DNA of 64,000 nucleotides from NCBI GenBank assembly GCA_000091205.1, contig AP006492.2; one strand, 5' to 3'. Positions 53,880 through 64,000 of this stretch are shown here, one piece after another (positions within the stretch are counted from its first letter, which is position 1; every line of letters starts with the position of its first letter). The translations under genes were made by a program, and so were the position numbers. The stretch is from Cyanidioschyzon merolae. Lineage: Eukaryota. Under the pieces are notes generated by a model. It ran no database searches and was not told where the DNA came from. It saw nothing but the letters and a program-made list of their open reading frames with translations.

Positions 53880-56800
53880 TCAAGCTGAATCGGCACAGGG
53901 CGCGAATTCGCTGCTCCTGATCTGCGTCGTACAGGCGTCGACAGTGCTCTCGGTCGCATCTGATAGCAGCACTGGGCGGCTGGGGCGCATACCTCGACGA
54001 TCGCGCATGCGAGCGGCGAGCCCATTGGCGGGCGCACGTGCGGTCGGCGCTGCAAGGGCATCCACGCCACGAGCGTCTTTCGGGGCGGGGGGTGTCGTCA
54101 ACATCAGAGGCGACGACGACGATGAAGATGATGACGGCGAGGACGCAAACCATGAGGTTGGCTGCGTTCGCTCGTCCGCTACGGTACCGGTCGGTGGTTG
54201 GCCAAGCGACTGTCCAGCAGTCGACGGTACGGTCAAGTGTCGGTCTGGAGACGCACTGCTTCGGGGCGGCGCTCGATGCATTGCTAATGATTCCCTCGCC
54301 TCCGAGACCGCGGCTGGGCGACCCTTACAACGACCAATCAGCGCCTCGATAAGGAGCAACGGGCGCTCAGCCAGCCGTTTGCGCCAAGCAGAGGCAAGCG
54401 TCCTGCTCAGCTGCACCATATCGTCGAGCGCCGACGCTGCATCCCGGCACGCGGACAGGCGCAAACCGCTCTGGGATCGCTGGTGGTCGGCGCGCCTCTC
54501 GAATGCTGCGCTACAGACGAGCAGCGCATGCCAACTGAACATATGCGATGAAACTGCTGCAGTAGCGGGCTCAGCGTCGCCAAAAGCAGCTGCAGCGGTC
54601 CAGCACTGAGCCAAGAGGTCCAGCGCGCGCAGCCAGCCGCTGGTTTGATACAACGGCGCCGGCCAAGTCTGCACCAGCACCTCGTAGAGCGGTAGCAAAA
54701 GGCAGTGCCCTAGTCGTGGCAATCCGTAGATGCACCGCGCGAACTCGTGATTCTCTGCAGGTGTACATGCGTCCAAATCGTGATGCGGCCGAGGCAGCAC
54801 ACACTTACCGACGAATGCGAAAAGCCACAACAGACTGAACGCTCGATCCAGGTACAGGCGCGAGCACCGACGCCCATCCAAGCGCGGGATCGCGCGCGCC
54901 ACGGTGCATACTGCGGTGCGATTGGCACAGCAGAAAGCAGCGAGACGGCGTAGGCCGTCCACTTCAGCGAGTAGCGCCCGCCATTGAAGGAACACGAATC
55001 GCATGATGGTCTCGGGCGGCACCAGGTAGGCTACCGCCAGAACAGGAGGCTCGGACTCGGTACCGAAGCTGTCCTGCTCCCAGGCATCCTGGTGCTCCTC
55101 TGCTGCCGCCGAGCGTCGCCGACATCCCCCCGAGTGCACGCGAATGCAGGCACAGAGAATCTGGAGAGCAGCTTGAAGTGGCACATCGCCCAGCAAAGCG
55201 TCCATCAATGCCTGTTTCCATTTGCTGTTGGGCGGTGCATGCTGAGTAAACCGCTCACCGGTGCTCGCTTCTGGCAAAGTCGGCCTCTGATCCCGATAGA
55301 AACGCTGGGTTAATTCGTGATGCAACTTGTCAGCGATATCGCTGTCGTGGACCATCTCGGACAGGCACAAAGACGGCCATGCACTGAGGTCGTCCGGCAC
55401 ACGGCCATATCCGTGCGCCTCCAGCAGCAGCAAGACTGCGCGGCTTCGGGCGCACCAGGTTGGCTCAGCGACCTGCGCGGCCTGTTCCCAAAAGTGAAAC
55501 TGCATGATCGCAGACGCGAGTTCAAGAAAAGCTGGTAACTCTGACCAGGGCGCTGCACTTGGGTTGCGCACAGCTCGCACGAGCTGACGCAGCCCATACT
55601 GCCCTAACTCGTAGAGCGCGAGTCCGGCTTGGCGGACCCACAGCGCCCACGCGGCAGCCGCCTGCGGGCTGCTGTCGACGGTGGTGCCCGCGTGCCTCAC
55701 CAGCGGGCCGAGTCCGGGTTCGGTTTCCGTTGCCGACAGGGCGGCGAGGCGGGTCCAGCTTGGCGGTAACGTTCCTACTCGCTTCGAAGGGTTGTAAAAG
55801 ACGGAGGCGTTCTCGGGCTGCAGCGTCCCCAGGTCGCTGCGGCGCGCTCGCTCGCCGTGCCAGTCGCCTGCTCGACCGCATCGCCTCAGCGCCTGCTGGA
55901 AACAGGGTGCGTCTTGCTGCAGTTCAGACCAGAGGTCATCGGGGTCGAGCGCGACGCGCTTCCGACTCGTGCCAGTGCCGCGAATACCGTCTGAAGGGGA
56001 GCATTTTGGAACGACAATCCAGGTACTAGGACGCTGTGCCGCCCAGCGAGCGGTGCGCATTAAGCCGTGTCTGTTCGCCCTCTGGTCACGTTCACGATCG
56101 AGCCTCGCCTGCAGTGGTTGCCAGCCATCAAGGAAGGCCTTACGCGCATGATCAACTGGCGTACCGCACTCCGTGAAAACATGCTCAGCAAAATGTTCTA
56201 CTGGAAAGAAACGCACCCATGCCGCATGGTAAATCTCGACTGCAGCATTCATCACAGAATCCGTCATGCTGCACGTAGTCGTGGCCGTTGCACTTTCCAG
56301 GTGCGGCGCCTGCATGACAACCGCATGAATAAGGCGGAAAAGATCGAGCTCCTCGGGACACATCAGCTGCAGAAGCAGTTCCTGGGCGATCGACTGCGCT
56401 TCCCGATGCGTTGCCAGTCGAGCTTCCCGATCGAAAGCCGCGGGAATGTGCTTTTTCGACCAAGGCGTCGGCCGATCAAGGCATGCTGGTTCGCGGATAA
56501 ATGCCGAGAAGAGGAGCAGGCAGAGCTCCACATCGGACCACGTGGCCGGCAACGCACGAACGGCACTAACGAACATATCCGCGATCCAGTCCAGCGCAGA
56601 GAAGGGAGCATCTTCGCCGGCACTTCGTTGATGCGTGCGGTGGCGCACCAGAAGCGCTCCAAGCTGCAGCACTGCTGCGTGGATCTCATCGAGCGCTTCA
56701 CGAAAAGCAAGCGCTGCTACCACAAGAGGCGACGAATTCGGTATGGACGCGTCGGCGAAATCCGTCTCCGAGGCTCGGCTCGGTCGCTGTTGCGGTGTTT

Positions 56801-57587
56801 GCTGGAGTACGTTCGCGATCTGGCGTATAAGCGATGCTGGCGGAGGCAGGATGACTGCAACAATAAGTTTCATGAAGCTCCTGAGCAGATGCATCAGAGC
56901 TTCCAGACGCGCATGACACGCAGCTGCGGCTGAACTTGTCATGTCCATGTCTGGGAAGCTTCGCGTCGGTGGCGGTAGATACGCAAAGCTCTCAAGGGCG
57001 ACGCCCAGCACACCAGTACGAAGAAGGCCGCGGCGCGCAGCCAGCGGCGCCAGACCGGCCTCCGCCACCACCCCGTCAGCGTCGACGTACCAGTCCAGCG
57101 TTGGAACGGGCGGCGCTCCATCGGTATCGACCTCACCACCGTAGGAGGGATTTAGAAACTCATCCCATTCACCGAGGAACGCGAGCAGGTCTTGGACCAG
57201 GCTCGAGAGCGCTCCCAGATCCACGTCCTGGCTCCCGGCCTGGGTTATTAACAGACACGGGCTCGCGTGTTCCACCGGAACGCCCGAAGCGTCCCAGCTG
57301 CCAGGTGGTGCAGTCCCCAAAGCCGGCAAACTCTCGTTGCTGCCAGCACCAGTGGCGGTCGCGCCGGCGTCGCGCGAGTTCGCAGCCTGTACCTGGACGA
57401 GAACCCTCAGACCTCGCACAATTTCGGAGGTCGTGCACGAGAGCGCCTCGGCTGCTTCTCTGGGTAGCAACGCATCCTCGGGTGCTGCCTCGGTAGCACG
57501 ACGTCGCATCTGTACAGTGCCAAAAGCGCTCCGTGAGGGGTACGTACCAACGCGTTCAGCAGTGCACGCACCAGCACCCAAGCACAC
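53880..57587 (-). CDS. Large hypothetical protein (1235 aa), predominantly alpha-helical, no family recognised
   Basis: A continuous 3.7-kb ORF in DNA with a standard genetic code is very unlikely by chance. The C-terminal region is Ser/Pro/Arg-rich. It overlaps smaller opposite-strand ORFs that I regard as artefacts. Confidence 0.5.
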   Translation of the reverse strand: MCLGAGACTAERVGTYPSRSAFGTVQMRRRATEAAPEDALLPREAAEALSCTTSEIVRGLRVLVQVQAANSRDAGATATGAGSNESLPALGTAPPGSWDASGVPVEHASPCLLITQAGSQDVDLGALSSLVQDLLAFLGEWDEFLNPSYGGEVDTDGAPPVPTLDWYVDADGVVAEAGLAPLAARRGLLRTGVLGVALESFAYLPPPTRSFPDMDMTSSAAAACHARLEALMHLLRSFMKLIVAVILPPPASLIRQIANVLQQTPQQRPSRASETDFADASIPNSSPLVVAALAFREALDEIHAAVLQLGALLVRHRTHQRSAGEDAPFSALDWIADMFVSAVRALPATWSDVELCLLLFSAFIREPACLDRPTPWSKKHIPAAFDREARLATHREAQSIAQELLLQLMCPEELDLFRLIHAVVMQAPHLESATATTTCSMTDSVMNAAVEIYHAAWVRFFPVEHFAEHVFTECGTPVDHARKAFLDGWQPLQARLDRERDQRANRHGLMRTARWAAQRPSTWIVVPKCSPSDGIRGTGTSRKRVALDPDDLWSELQQDAPCFQQALRRCGRAGDWHGERARRSDLGTLQPENASVFYNPSKRVGTLPPSWTRLAALSATETEPGLGPLVRHAGTTVDSSPQAAAAWALWVRQAGLALYELGQYGLRQLVRAVRNPSAAPWSELPAFLELASAIMQFHFWEQAAQVAEPTWCARSRAVLLLLEAHGYGRVPDDLSAWPSLCLSEMVHDSDIADKLHHELTQRFYRDQRPTLPEASTGERFTQHAPPNSKWKQALMDALLGDVPLQAALQILCACIRVHSGGCRRRSAAAEEHQDAWEQDSFGTESEPPVLAVAYLVPPETIMRFVFLQWRALLAEVDGLRRLAAFCCANRTAVCTVARAIPRLDGRRCSRLYLDRAFSLLWLFAFVGKCVLPRPHHDLDACTPAENHEFARCIYGLPRLGHCLLLPLYEVLVQTWPAPLYQTSGWLRALDLLAQCWTAAAAFGDAEPATAAVSSHMFSWHALLVCSAAFERRADHQRSQSGLRLSACRDAASALDDMVQLSRTLASAWRKRLAERPLLLIEALIGRCKGRPAAVSEARESLAMHRAPPRSSASPDRHLTVPSTAGQSLGQPPTGTVADERTQPTSWFASSPSSSSSSSSPLMLTTPPAPKDARGVDALAAPTARAPANGLAARMRDRRGMRPSRPVLLSDATESTVDACTTQIRSSEFAPCADSA

Positions 57588-59336
57588 GCAGATGCGTGCT
57601 TTCGCGGGAACGCGGTGTCATGCATCCGAGGTGTCGCTGCGCCTTTTGTGCATCCGTACGGGGGGCGTGCGCGCGATCGCTCTTCGGCAGCGCGGGAAAT
57701 GGGGCAGCATGCGTGCGTGCGTGCGTGCGCCGCGGATCATCTGCGCAGCGGCGCTTTCGATTCGTTGGTATCGGCAGCAGCAGCAGCTGCTGCACCAGAA
57801 GCAGACGAGCCCCTGACGCCTTCAAAGCAGCATCCTCACTAGATTACAAGTGCTAACTAGACTTTTACTGGCAACTGGCATCCATATTGAACGTCACAGC
57901 AACTACTGATACTCGTTGTTGGTCCGGCATTAAATAATATGGACGTACGAGGGCTCGCGGGACGCAGGGTTCGTGGCGCGCGTTCCTGGCTCCAGTCATG
58001 CTGCATCGAGCAGACGCCCGCCGGGCCATCACCAAGCCGTCCAGTGTCTGTCAAACGTCTCGGGGAGCGAACTTCGTGCTGCAGGAATGTATGACTGGGT
58101 ACGGGGTGGCGTGCACGGTTTCAGCAGCCGATGCCTCCGGTTCCGCAGGCACCGCTGTGCTGTCAGAGATGGCGACATATCGCATCGTTCGCCGCGAGGG
58201 CCAAGCGGAGGCTCTGACATTTGGCTACATTCGCGTATCCAGAAACGCTCTAGTTGGCTCATTGCTCCTGTCCAAAAGAAAGAAAATGGATGACTCTAGC
58301 TGGCCCTCGTCGCCAACCGGGAGAGACCGATTCTTTCGGAATTCTTGGGAGCGTCATTCCTTGACGTTCGTTGCCTTCCGTGCGCTCCTGTGAGCGAATC
58401 TGTAAACGTATGCAGTCTGTTTCATGGGTCTGGAAGTGTCGGTACTCGCAAAACGACATCAATGCTGGTGGATGGCGCGCCAAGTGCTTCGTCCGGCTGG
58501 ACGAACTTTCTCAAGCACTAGTCTCTGTGTGAGATCCATGAGACAATCCAGATTGCACCGGATATATAGTTATCATCCGCAACCAGGCAAGTGACTGCAG
58601 ACTCTTTCCAGATGCATCTGCGTTCGACCACACCGGCGTTACGCGAGAGTTGCTGTCGCACACAGGGCATTGTGCCACAGACGTTTCGGGGCGGCGGTAA
58701 TCCCAGGTGGTCTTGTCGACCCTGGATGCGTCGTGGCTGTTCCCAGACAGAGATAGAACGGTATCTGTCGCCTTTACGCACGTTGGCCTGAGGCTCTGCA
58801 GCCAATGATACAGAAAACACAGCCGAGTTTTTGCGTACAGATCATGTAAAGCGTGCAGCGTATAACGACTTTAAATGGTTCATGTGAGTAACTCCTGCAT
58901 CCATATGCGCCGGGTCTGCGCCTTTTTCACTTCCCCGAGAGCCCAGCTGCGCACGCTAGAGTCCGCAGCGCAGACATGGAGCGTGGTGCAAACCAGAGCG
59001 CTTTCAAACGTACTCATGTGCCATCACTCCGGAAAACCCAAGCTTCACGTAAAAACACAGCACCGATGCATTCACAACAAGTTCCGTAAACGTTTACGAT
59101 GCAAGGCAAAGCATGCCGATCTTTTCGTGACCGTAGGCGCTGCTTGGACGCCTGCGTATCCAGCTCCAGGACCAAAGGCACTGCTCCTTGGACCCAAGCT
59201 GCATCCCGGTCGGCGTGAAGCGCATCCATACTCGCCGCAGACGATTACGGTGTGATCGCAGTAGCCAACACAATGCAAGTCACGCTGAAACTACCAGCGA
59301 GCTATCGCAAAGCGCATCGAGAAACACGTTAAGAGC

Positions 59337-60306
59337 TTACAGAGCAACCTCGGAAGCCAATGAAACAGTATTCACGCTCAAGCTACCAGCAGAGGGCAAT
59401 GCCGTGTTCGCGGGAAGATACCCCCCGACCTGCAACGGGATCGGTAGCGTCACCAAACGCAGCGGGTTGCGGCCCTGGTTTGAGTCGTCCTCAGAGGCTC
59501 TTTGCCCGGTATCTGACACTCGTACCAGGAAGTGGATGCTCAGAGTCCATCGCACCTGCACAACGCGAGTCGCAAAACTAACCGGAGTATCTTCCTCAGA
59601 CGGAATCCGTGGCGTCCAGTGCCACCTACAAAGGCCTGCACAAGGCTCGGCGCGCTCTGCGTACCTCCGCCGATGGCACAGGGTCGCACGCTTGCGCCTC
59701 TTAGGAGGCACTCGTGCGCATTTTTCGAGGCTGCTTTTCGAGAAATCATTTGCACATTCAGGATGCAGGATTTCCAGTGCGTCCAGCGTTCCTCGAATGT
59801 AAACACAGCTTGAAGTCGCCACGCTCAAGTCAATAGACACAGGCACCAGCTCTCCGAGCACGAATCCACGGCGCTGTAAGTGTACCGTGGCGATCCGACC
59901 CAGCCCGGTCGCCTCGACGCGTGCTATAAAAGGCATCCATACAGATTCGAGTTGGTCCAGCGGTGCTGTCGTAGGCGAGACGCTCCCGCTCCGTAGACCA
60001 CTGGCTTGCGTCGTACCATCCACAACCGGTGATGTACCCGAGTTCGTGCCGTCAGCCGCATGCGATCGACTTGCGATTCCGCTTTTCCCCGGCAACGTGT
60101 CCAGTATTGTCGAGTCGTCCCATTCGCTCGGCGTCGTTACCGGGTAGGCTGTCAGTCGACTGTTTGAGGTCGCGGACAGGATAAATTCAAGGTTGTTGGA
60201 GATCTCCAAAGCCACCTGGAAAGCCTTCAGCTCCATGCGGAGCGGCGCATCGGCATTTCCCGCTGCGTGCTCCTGTGGCGGCTCGCCTCGTGTAGAGACT
60301 TGTTCC

Positions 60307-60337
<31 letters not shown>

Positions 60338-61547
60338 GCAGGAACTCGGGCATAGCAGGCGAGCGTGGCACAGATGCCGACAATGTCAGGAGCGACGGCG
60401 AGGAGATACGGCGCTCCGACCAGGTAGGCGACATCTGCGGTAACGGTGGTGGCGATGCCGAGCCCGTGGAGCTCCCCGCGGCACGAGCCCCCGCTGCAGA
60501 GGCCGGTCTGATCACTTCTGCCATCATCCTATCCGGTCTCGTAACTGCAGCGCGCGACACTGCATCCAAGCGTACGCGCAGGACCTCGTTTGGATCCTGT
60601 AGTGGAGGCATCCCGTCGGCTCGCGACGCATCGCGTTCGTGATCACGTAGCGCCGCCACGGGAGCAGCAGCAGCAGCAGCAGTAGCAGCAGACATAGCAT
60701 CCGGCGCGGAGAGTACCGGTACCTTTGCCATTCGAGAGCTAATCGGAGGATGAATGCGGAACCGCAGGTGGAGCTTTACTGGCGCAGAGCCAGTTCGCTG
60801 GGCAACCACAGCGACGCCATACTCGTACCGTACATAAGTGCCGTCGAACGAGGGTGGTATCATCGACGGCAGGCATCCACGCACCAGGAACGCCAACAGT
60901 TTGTCACGCTCCAGACGAAGCTTCCTGGCGACACAACAGGCTCGACTCGCAAACACCAGTCCGTGATGCGCTGGAAGCTCAGAGTGCTGACTGCCCTGCG
61001 CCGAGCGCACCGGGTAAGCGTTCGCTTCAAGCAGGTCCCAGAGGGCAGCGAGCCAAGGCATCGCTTCCGCTGGTACCGCATCCTCTGGTCCGTCCAAGAG
61101 GTCCGGGGCCAGCTCTTCGCCTTCCCAGTCCCAGAAAGTGGTAGCGAAGCGTTTGGTCCGCTCCGCCTCAACTAGACCTGGAGCGGTTGACGGTTCGTGT
61201 TCGCCGTTCGCTTTTGCTTGCCCTGTTACTACAGCGGCAGTTGCAGGGCGCCGATGAGCCTCTGGCTTGGTCCAGCGAGCATCGCTTCGCCAGGCGCCAG
61301 CCACAGCACAAGCCAGAAACTCTAGCTCGTGTTCTGGGACGGGAACTTGGCGAGCCGTGCCAGTCGGCTCGTTCCCTGTCGTGTCGAGTACCAGCACGAG
61401 GCAGAATAGCGAACCAGGTTCGAGGTTCTGCGGTGCAATCCTAGCGTGAAGCCGCATGCTTTTTCGGAGGATCGCAGCACTGCGCTCTGCAGGAATGCCG
61501 CCACAGACTGCTGTAGCAGCCACGAAAACGATCGGCCCCCGGAACAC
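59337..61547 (-). CDS. Hypothetical protein (736 aa), no family recognised
   Basis: Long uninterrupted ORF with an (Ala)n run near the C-terminal third. Opposite-strand ORFs 59188-59802 and 60193-60642 are probably artefacts of GC-rich sequence. Confidence 0.45.
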
Positions 61548-62742
61548 GGCACGGTGGTAGTCTTTAAGGACTTCAACTTCGGTACATAGGGTCAGCGGAG
61601 AGCGTCAGTCCAGCAAGGTACGAACCGTGGTCCACAGAAGCCCAAAGCGGCAGTGTCCTGTCTCCGTGGACCTTAACCAACGTCGTTATTAGCTGCTTGA
61701 AACCGAGGCGTTGCGCTCGACGCAGCACGACCTGTGGGAACGCGTTCCGGTGTCGTCGTAAAGTGCGATGTGCAACTGCCAAACAAGACAAGCTGGCAGA
61801 CTCGAAATGGAAGATAAGACCGTGTATGGAGCATGGACGATAACGTCCACAGAGAATTGCATTGGTTTTTAGGTATGTTTTACTGATGTGCTCGGTTGCA
61901 TTCAATCCTCCTGGAGCATTCACTGTGTATATCCAGGGCATTCCCTGGGCGCACGAAGGAGTCGACAATGCGTCGGGGCCTCTGATCCGGATGCGATATC
62001 CTCGTTCGCTGCACATCCTCTCTTGGGATGGATGAATGGATGGATGGATATGCAGGGCGCTTGTTGTTGAAAGAACTGCAGGAGAAGTGCACCAGGTACA
62101 TTTAGGTGTCAAACACATGATCCCCATTGAATACGATCATGTGTACGCGACAAGTCCCAGAGATCATTCGTGTAGTTTGAACCCGAGAGCAGCGACACAA
62201 GCCCGCCGCCGCGTCTAGCACAGGCGCAGAACTGGGCATCAAAAGTGATGCAGTCGACGCTCGATGTATTCCAAACGCGGAGACGCGCCTAAAGAAATTG
62301 CAGGTTCAAAGGACTGCATGGAGGGCCCCGGCGGTGCGCAACATCCCCGCAGAGCCATCCAGGCTCGATGTCTCAGTCTACGACCCCGAAAAGCGATCGC
62401 GAATTTGTTTCCTAACCGTCGATGCTCGTGCACTCGACACCCATATCCGCAACAATGGGGCAACGCGGAGCCTTCATCCACTGATGTCATCGGAAGGGCG
62501 AGACGGTGCCTACGATCCGCTCGGAGACGAGGCACCCGACTGCGTCGGGTGATTCAGCGCTTGACCTCTGCGAGACCCTGGACTCATTTAATGAGCGGCA
62601 ATGGTATGCTTCTCCGGCAGACCCGATCTACTTGGGGCATGCTCATTTCTGACGCGGTCTATACACTGCAGTATGGACACAACAGAACGTTGTCTAACGC
62701 GGCGTTGATGAGGTTCCGCACGACAGGGCCTGCTGCTCAGCC

Positions 62743-63435
62743 TCATCGCGAGTCGTCCGTTTCGGTACCCCATACACGATAGGGTCGCTTCTGCAGCGCG
62801 GAATTGTAGTATCGTTCGTCGAGTGTGACCTCGTCCGCCAACCAGGTCGGCCGCTCAAACGCCGTCTCGGGGGTTGGCAGCTCGATCTCCGCGAGGATAA
62901 GAGGAGCATTATCACCCAAGAACTCATCGATCTCCCAAACAAGGCCAGCTTCCTTTGCCGGTATTCGATAGCGCACTTTTTCGATAAGTGGCTGTACACA
63001 GAGTGTGTTCAACAACTCTCGAGCGTCCTCGACTGGGATCGGGTACTCGTACTCGGCCCGCGTGCAACCGTGGGTGCGTCCCTTGATCGTCAAGAAGCCG
63101 CTCATGCCAGCAACACGGACGCGTACGGTGCGGTCGGGTTCACTGCACAGGTAGCCTTGCGCGAGATGTGTGCCCTGCGAAGTGCACAACAGCCGACGAA
63201 CTTGGTCAGCGTGCACCAGAAACTTGCGCTCAGTCTCGCGGTTCGCTGCGCGGTTCACCCCACCGTGTTGCATTCGCGGAGCACTGGATCCTAAAAGCAC
63301 CGAGATTTTCGAATCTAGCTTTAGAGTGTGAACTCGAGGAGGAGGAGACCACCTGAACGTGGTGCGCCCAAGAAACGGCCGTGCAGCAGGCACGAAGAGC
63401 ATCATCAACGTCGTTCGAAAGTCGAACGACGTCAA
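62743..63435 (-). CDS. CYTH-domain protein (CyaB/thiamine-triphosphatase-like triphosphate tunnel metalloenzyme)
   Basis: ETERKFLV (the CYTH hallmark E-x-E-x-K near the N-terminus) ... RVRVAG...FLTIKG ... EYEYPIPVEDARELL ... LVWEIDEF ... LILAEIELP. The likely start is Met at 63273 (MQHGGV...), giving about 176 aa; the upstream 54 in-frame codons are uncertain. Confidence 0.7.
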   Translation of the reverse strand: MTSFDFRTTLMMLFVPAARPFLGRTTFRWSPPPRVHTLKLDSKISVLLGSSAPRMQHGGVNRAANRETERKFLVHADQVRRLLCTSQGTHLAQGYLCSEPDRTVRVRVAGMSGFLTIKGRTHGCTRAEYEYPIPVEDARELLNTLCVQPLIEKVRYRIPAKEAGLVWEIDEFLGDNAPLILAEIELPTPETAFERPTWLADEVTLDERYYNSALQKRPYRVWGTETDDSR

Positions 63436-63890
63436 CGGTGTACAGTAGTGGCGAGTGACCCGCCCTAGTCAGAACGTCTCCAACTGACGCGCAGAAGCCC
63501 CACAGTCCTTCACAACCGGCCACCTACTACTGCGTCCAACTTTCTCTCAAATAATTCCACTTTGAGAGATTGTCCAATAAAGTTCATTCTTGTCGAGTCT
63601 GGAGGTCTCGTCTGCAGCACCGCACATTTCCTTCTATGGATAGCGGCATTCAAGTCTCGCTTCACAAACTCCGTACGTTTGTTGCCCCCGTTGTTTGTAC
63701 TTACTAATGCAACAGGCCCTCGAACTCGCGCCCTTCTTTCGATTTGCTGCTCAGTCACCTCTTCGTGCTTTTCTACCGCCGATGCGCTCTGCAGCCTGCT
63801 GCCCATCTCGACCTTCTGAAGTGTGCATCCCAGCTGATCCCTTATGTTTTCAAATTAACGCAAAGCTTTATGCGGTTAGGTGAGAACAGT
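63398..63890 (-). mobile_element. Short 3'-end derivative of the Fanzor-like element (fragment E), minus strand, same subfamily and 5' breakpoint as fragment D
   Basis: ORF 63510-63806 (-) encodes ...VEKHEEVTEQQIERRARVRGPVALVSTNNGGNKRTEFVKRDLNAAIHRRKCAV (RuvC-III region). The reverse complement of 63436-63510 matches the 3' conserved block (gcgtcagttggagacgttctgactagggcg...gccactactgtacacc). The terminus ...cgttgatgatgct is shared with copy C. Confidence 0.5.
63408..63432. other. Perfect 11-bp-stem / 3-nt-loop palindrome (aCGTCGTTCGA aag TCGAACGACGt) at the subterminal right end of fragment E
   Basis: Read directly: 63409-63418 cgtcgttcga, loop 63419-63421 aag, 63422-63431 tcgaacgacg, with flanking a/t extending the stem. 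The homologous position in copy C (cgacgttcgactttagaacagcgtt) is a degenerate version. Confidence 0.7.
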
Positions 63891-64000
63891 CCCCGAGGGA
63901 GTCGGACCTGCGCAGGAAAGACAAAACGTGCCACCGGTTTGTATCCGTGTGCTGGAAGCCGCATTGATTCGCCCAGTGGATCGATCATTCCGTTGCACGA

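Overview
This is GC-rich, intron-poor eukaryotic nuclear DNA with about 16 single-exon host genes. Together with plastid-linked gene content this suggests a unicellular alga, and the sequence opens with two degenerate CCCCCCATT units (complement of AATGGGGGG, the telomere repeat I recall for Cyanidioschyzon merolae), so the window may be subtelomeric; the host assignment is speculative. Recognisable host genes: L-lactate dehydrogenase, a secreted Kelch/Thr-Pro-rich/trefoil-domain protein, a protochlorophyllide-oxidoreductase-like SDR, a WD40 protein, a cycloartenol-synthase-type oxidosqualene cyclase, an FkbM methyltransferase, proteasome subunit Rpn12, a Tic22-like protein, CCR4-NOT subunit NOT2, a bacterial-type mercuric reductase, a Shewanella-like protein phosphatase, aspartate kinase and a CYTH protein. 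The main finding is a repeated ~3.2-3.5 kb element present as three near-full-length, same-orientation copies (about 170-3375, 5945-9400, 18515-21718) and two short 3'-end derivatives (about 33230-33660 on plus, 63398-63890 on minus). Each long copy has a ~1 kb conserved non-coding leader followed by a decayed ORF for a TnpB/Fanzor-like RuvC nuclease (RuvC-I DPG, E-x-x-TS, RuvC-III NAAINI, NLS-like basic N-terminus). All three long copies change frame by -1 at the same A-run, and copy B keeps a canonical A_AAA_AAG slippery heptamer exactly at that junction. Several tandem repeats, including one apparently derived from the element's left terminus, are also present.
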